DNA of 64,000 nt from Patescibacteria group bacterium (lineage in GTDB: Bacteria; Patescibacteriota; Patescibacteriia; UBA9934; GWF2-40-263): NCBI GenBank assembly GCA_041661745.1, contig JBAZTR010000002.1:4368-68367 (forward strand), written 5' to 3'. Below the pieces are notes generated by a model. The model was given only the letters and a program-made list of their open reading frames with translations. It was not told where the DNA came from and made no database searches. The translations under genes and the position numbers were made by a program. Of this stretch, positions 63,606 through 64,000 are shown piece after piece. Every line of letters starts with the position of its first letter. Positions within the stretch are counted from its first letter, which is position 1.

Positions 63606-64000
63606 TTATCGCCTCACTCCAGTTCGGGCGGCAACGATAGTTTCAGTAACATTGCGTGGAGTTTCTTCGTAGTGATCAAATTCCATGTTGTAACTAGCGC
63701 GACCTTGCGTTAAAGAACGAAGTGAAGTGGCGTAGCCAAACATTTCAGCTAACGGAATAACTGACTTGATGACTTTAGAGCCAGCGCGATCCATCATTTC
63801 CAAAATCTGTCCGCGTTTGGCATTAATGTCGCCAACGACTTGACCCATGAAATCTTCAGGAGTAACAACCTCAACTTTCATGACCGGCTCTAGCAAAACC
63901 AAACCAGCTTTTTTACAACCATCTTGGAAAGCCATAGAGCCAGCGATTTTGAAAGCCGCTTCGGATGAGTCAACTTCGTGATAGCTACCATCAAACACCG
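63606..64000 (-). CDS. fusA: Elongation factor G (3' part; runs off window end)
   Basis: [47 protein letters not shown]. Confidence 0.97.
   Translation of the reverse strand, partial: VFDGSYHEVDSSEAAFKIAGSMAFQDGCKKAGLVLLEPVMKVEVVTPEDFMGQVVGDINAKRGQILEMMDRAGSKVIKSVIPLAEMFGYATSLRSLTQGRASYNMEFDHYEETPRNVTETIVAARTGVRR

Noticed and set aside
1-64000. Alternative genetic code (TGA read as Gly, code 25)
   Set aside because: Conserved genes are full length under code 11, and dgkA, scpB and rpsJ end at TGA at the expected positions.

Overview
A 64 kb bacterial chromosomal segment, most likely from Patescibacteria/CPR (inferred from the missing rpmD/uL30 between rpsE and rplO, multiple VirB2-like pilin domains, AT-rich mostly SD-less starts, and r-protein extensions; TGA is used as a stop, so code 11). 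Most of it is housekeeping: ppsA-pyk, degP, ftsA/ftsZ, rpsU, hisS, lepB, der-pth-dprA-topA, relA/spoT, parAB, scpAB, aspS/asnS, recO, ruvX, map-adk-secY, the spc and S10 r-protein blocks, tuf, the 3' end of fusA, and four tRNAs (Val-CAC, fMet-CAT, Met-CAT, Leu-CAA). The main accessory locus is a ~15.5 kb surface-structure cluster (7663-23194): a stand-alone VirB2-like pilin, a pilin-Ig fusion, a 3521-aa acidic Cys-rich pilin-fused giant protein, and three single-pass membrane proteins with Ca-binding DxDxDG repeats. Non-coding signals of note: an unusually strong Shine-Dalgarno on rpsU; two related ~90 bp 4+4 GTTCAA inverted arrays in front of topA and scpB; a REP-like palindrome sitting directly after three TAA stop codons and once in frame inside a gene; a ~150 nt long-hairpin RNA candidate after ftsZ; and a structured 140 bp insert bounded by a duplicated tRNA-Met 3' end. 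All calls are by-eye motif recognition; no searches were run.
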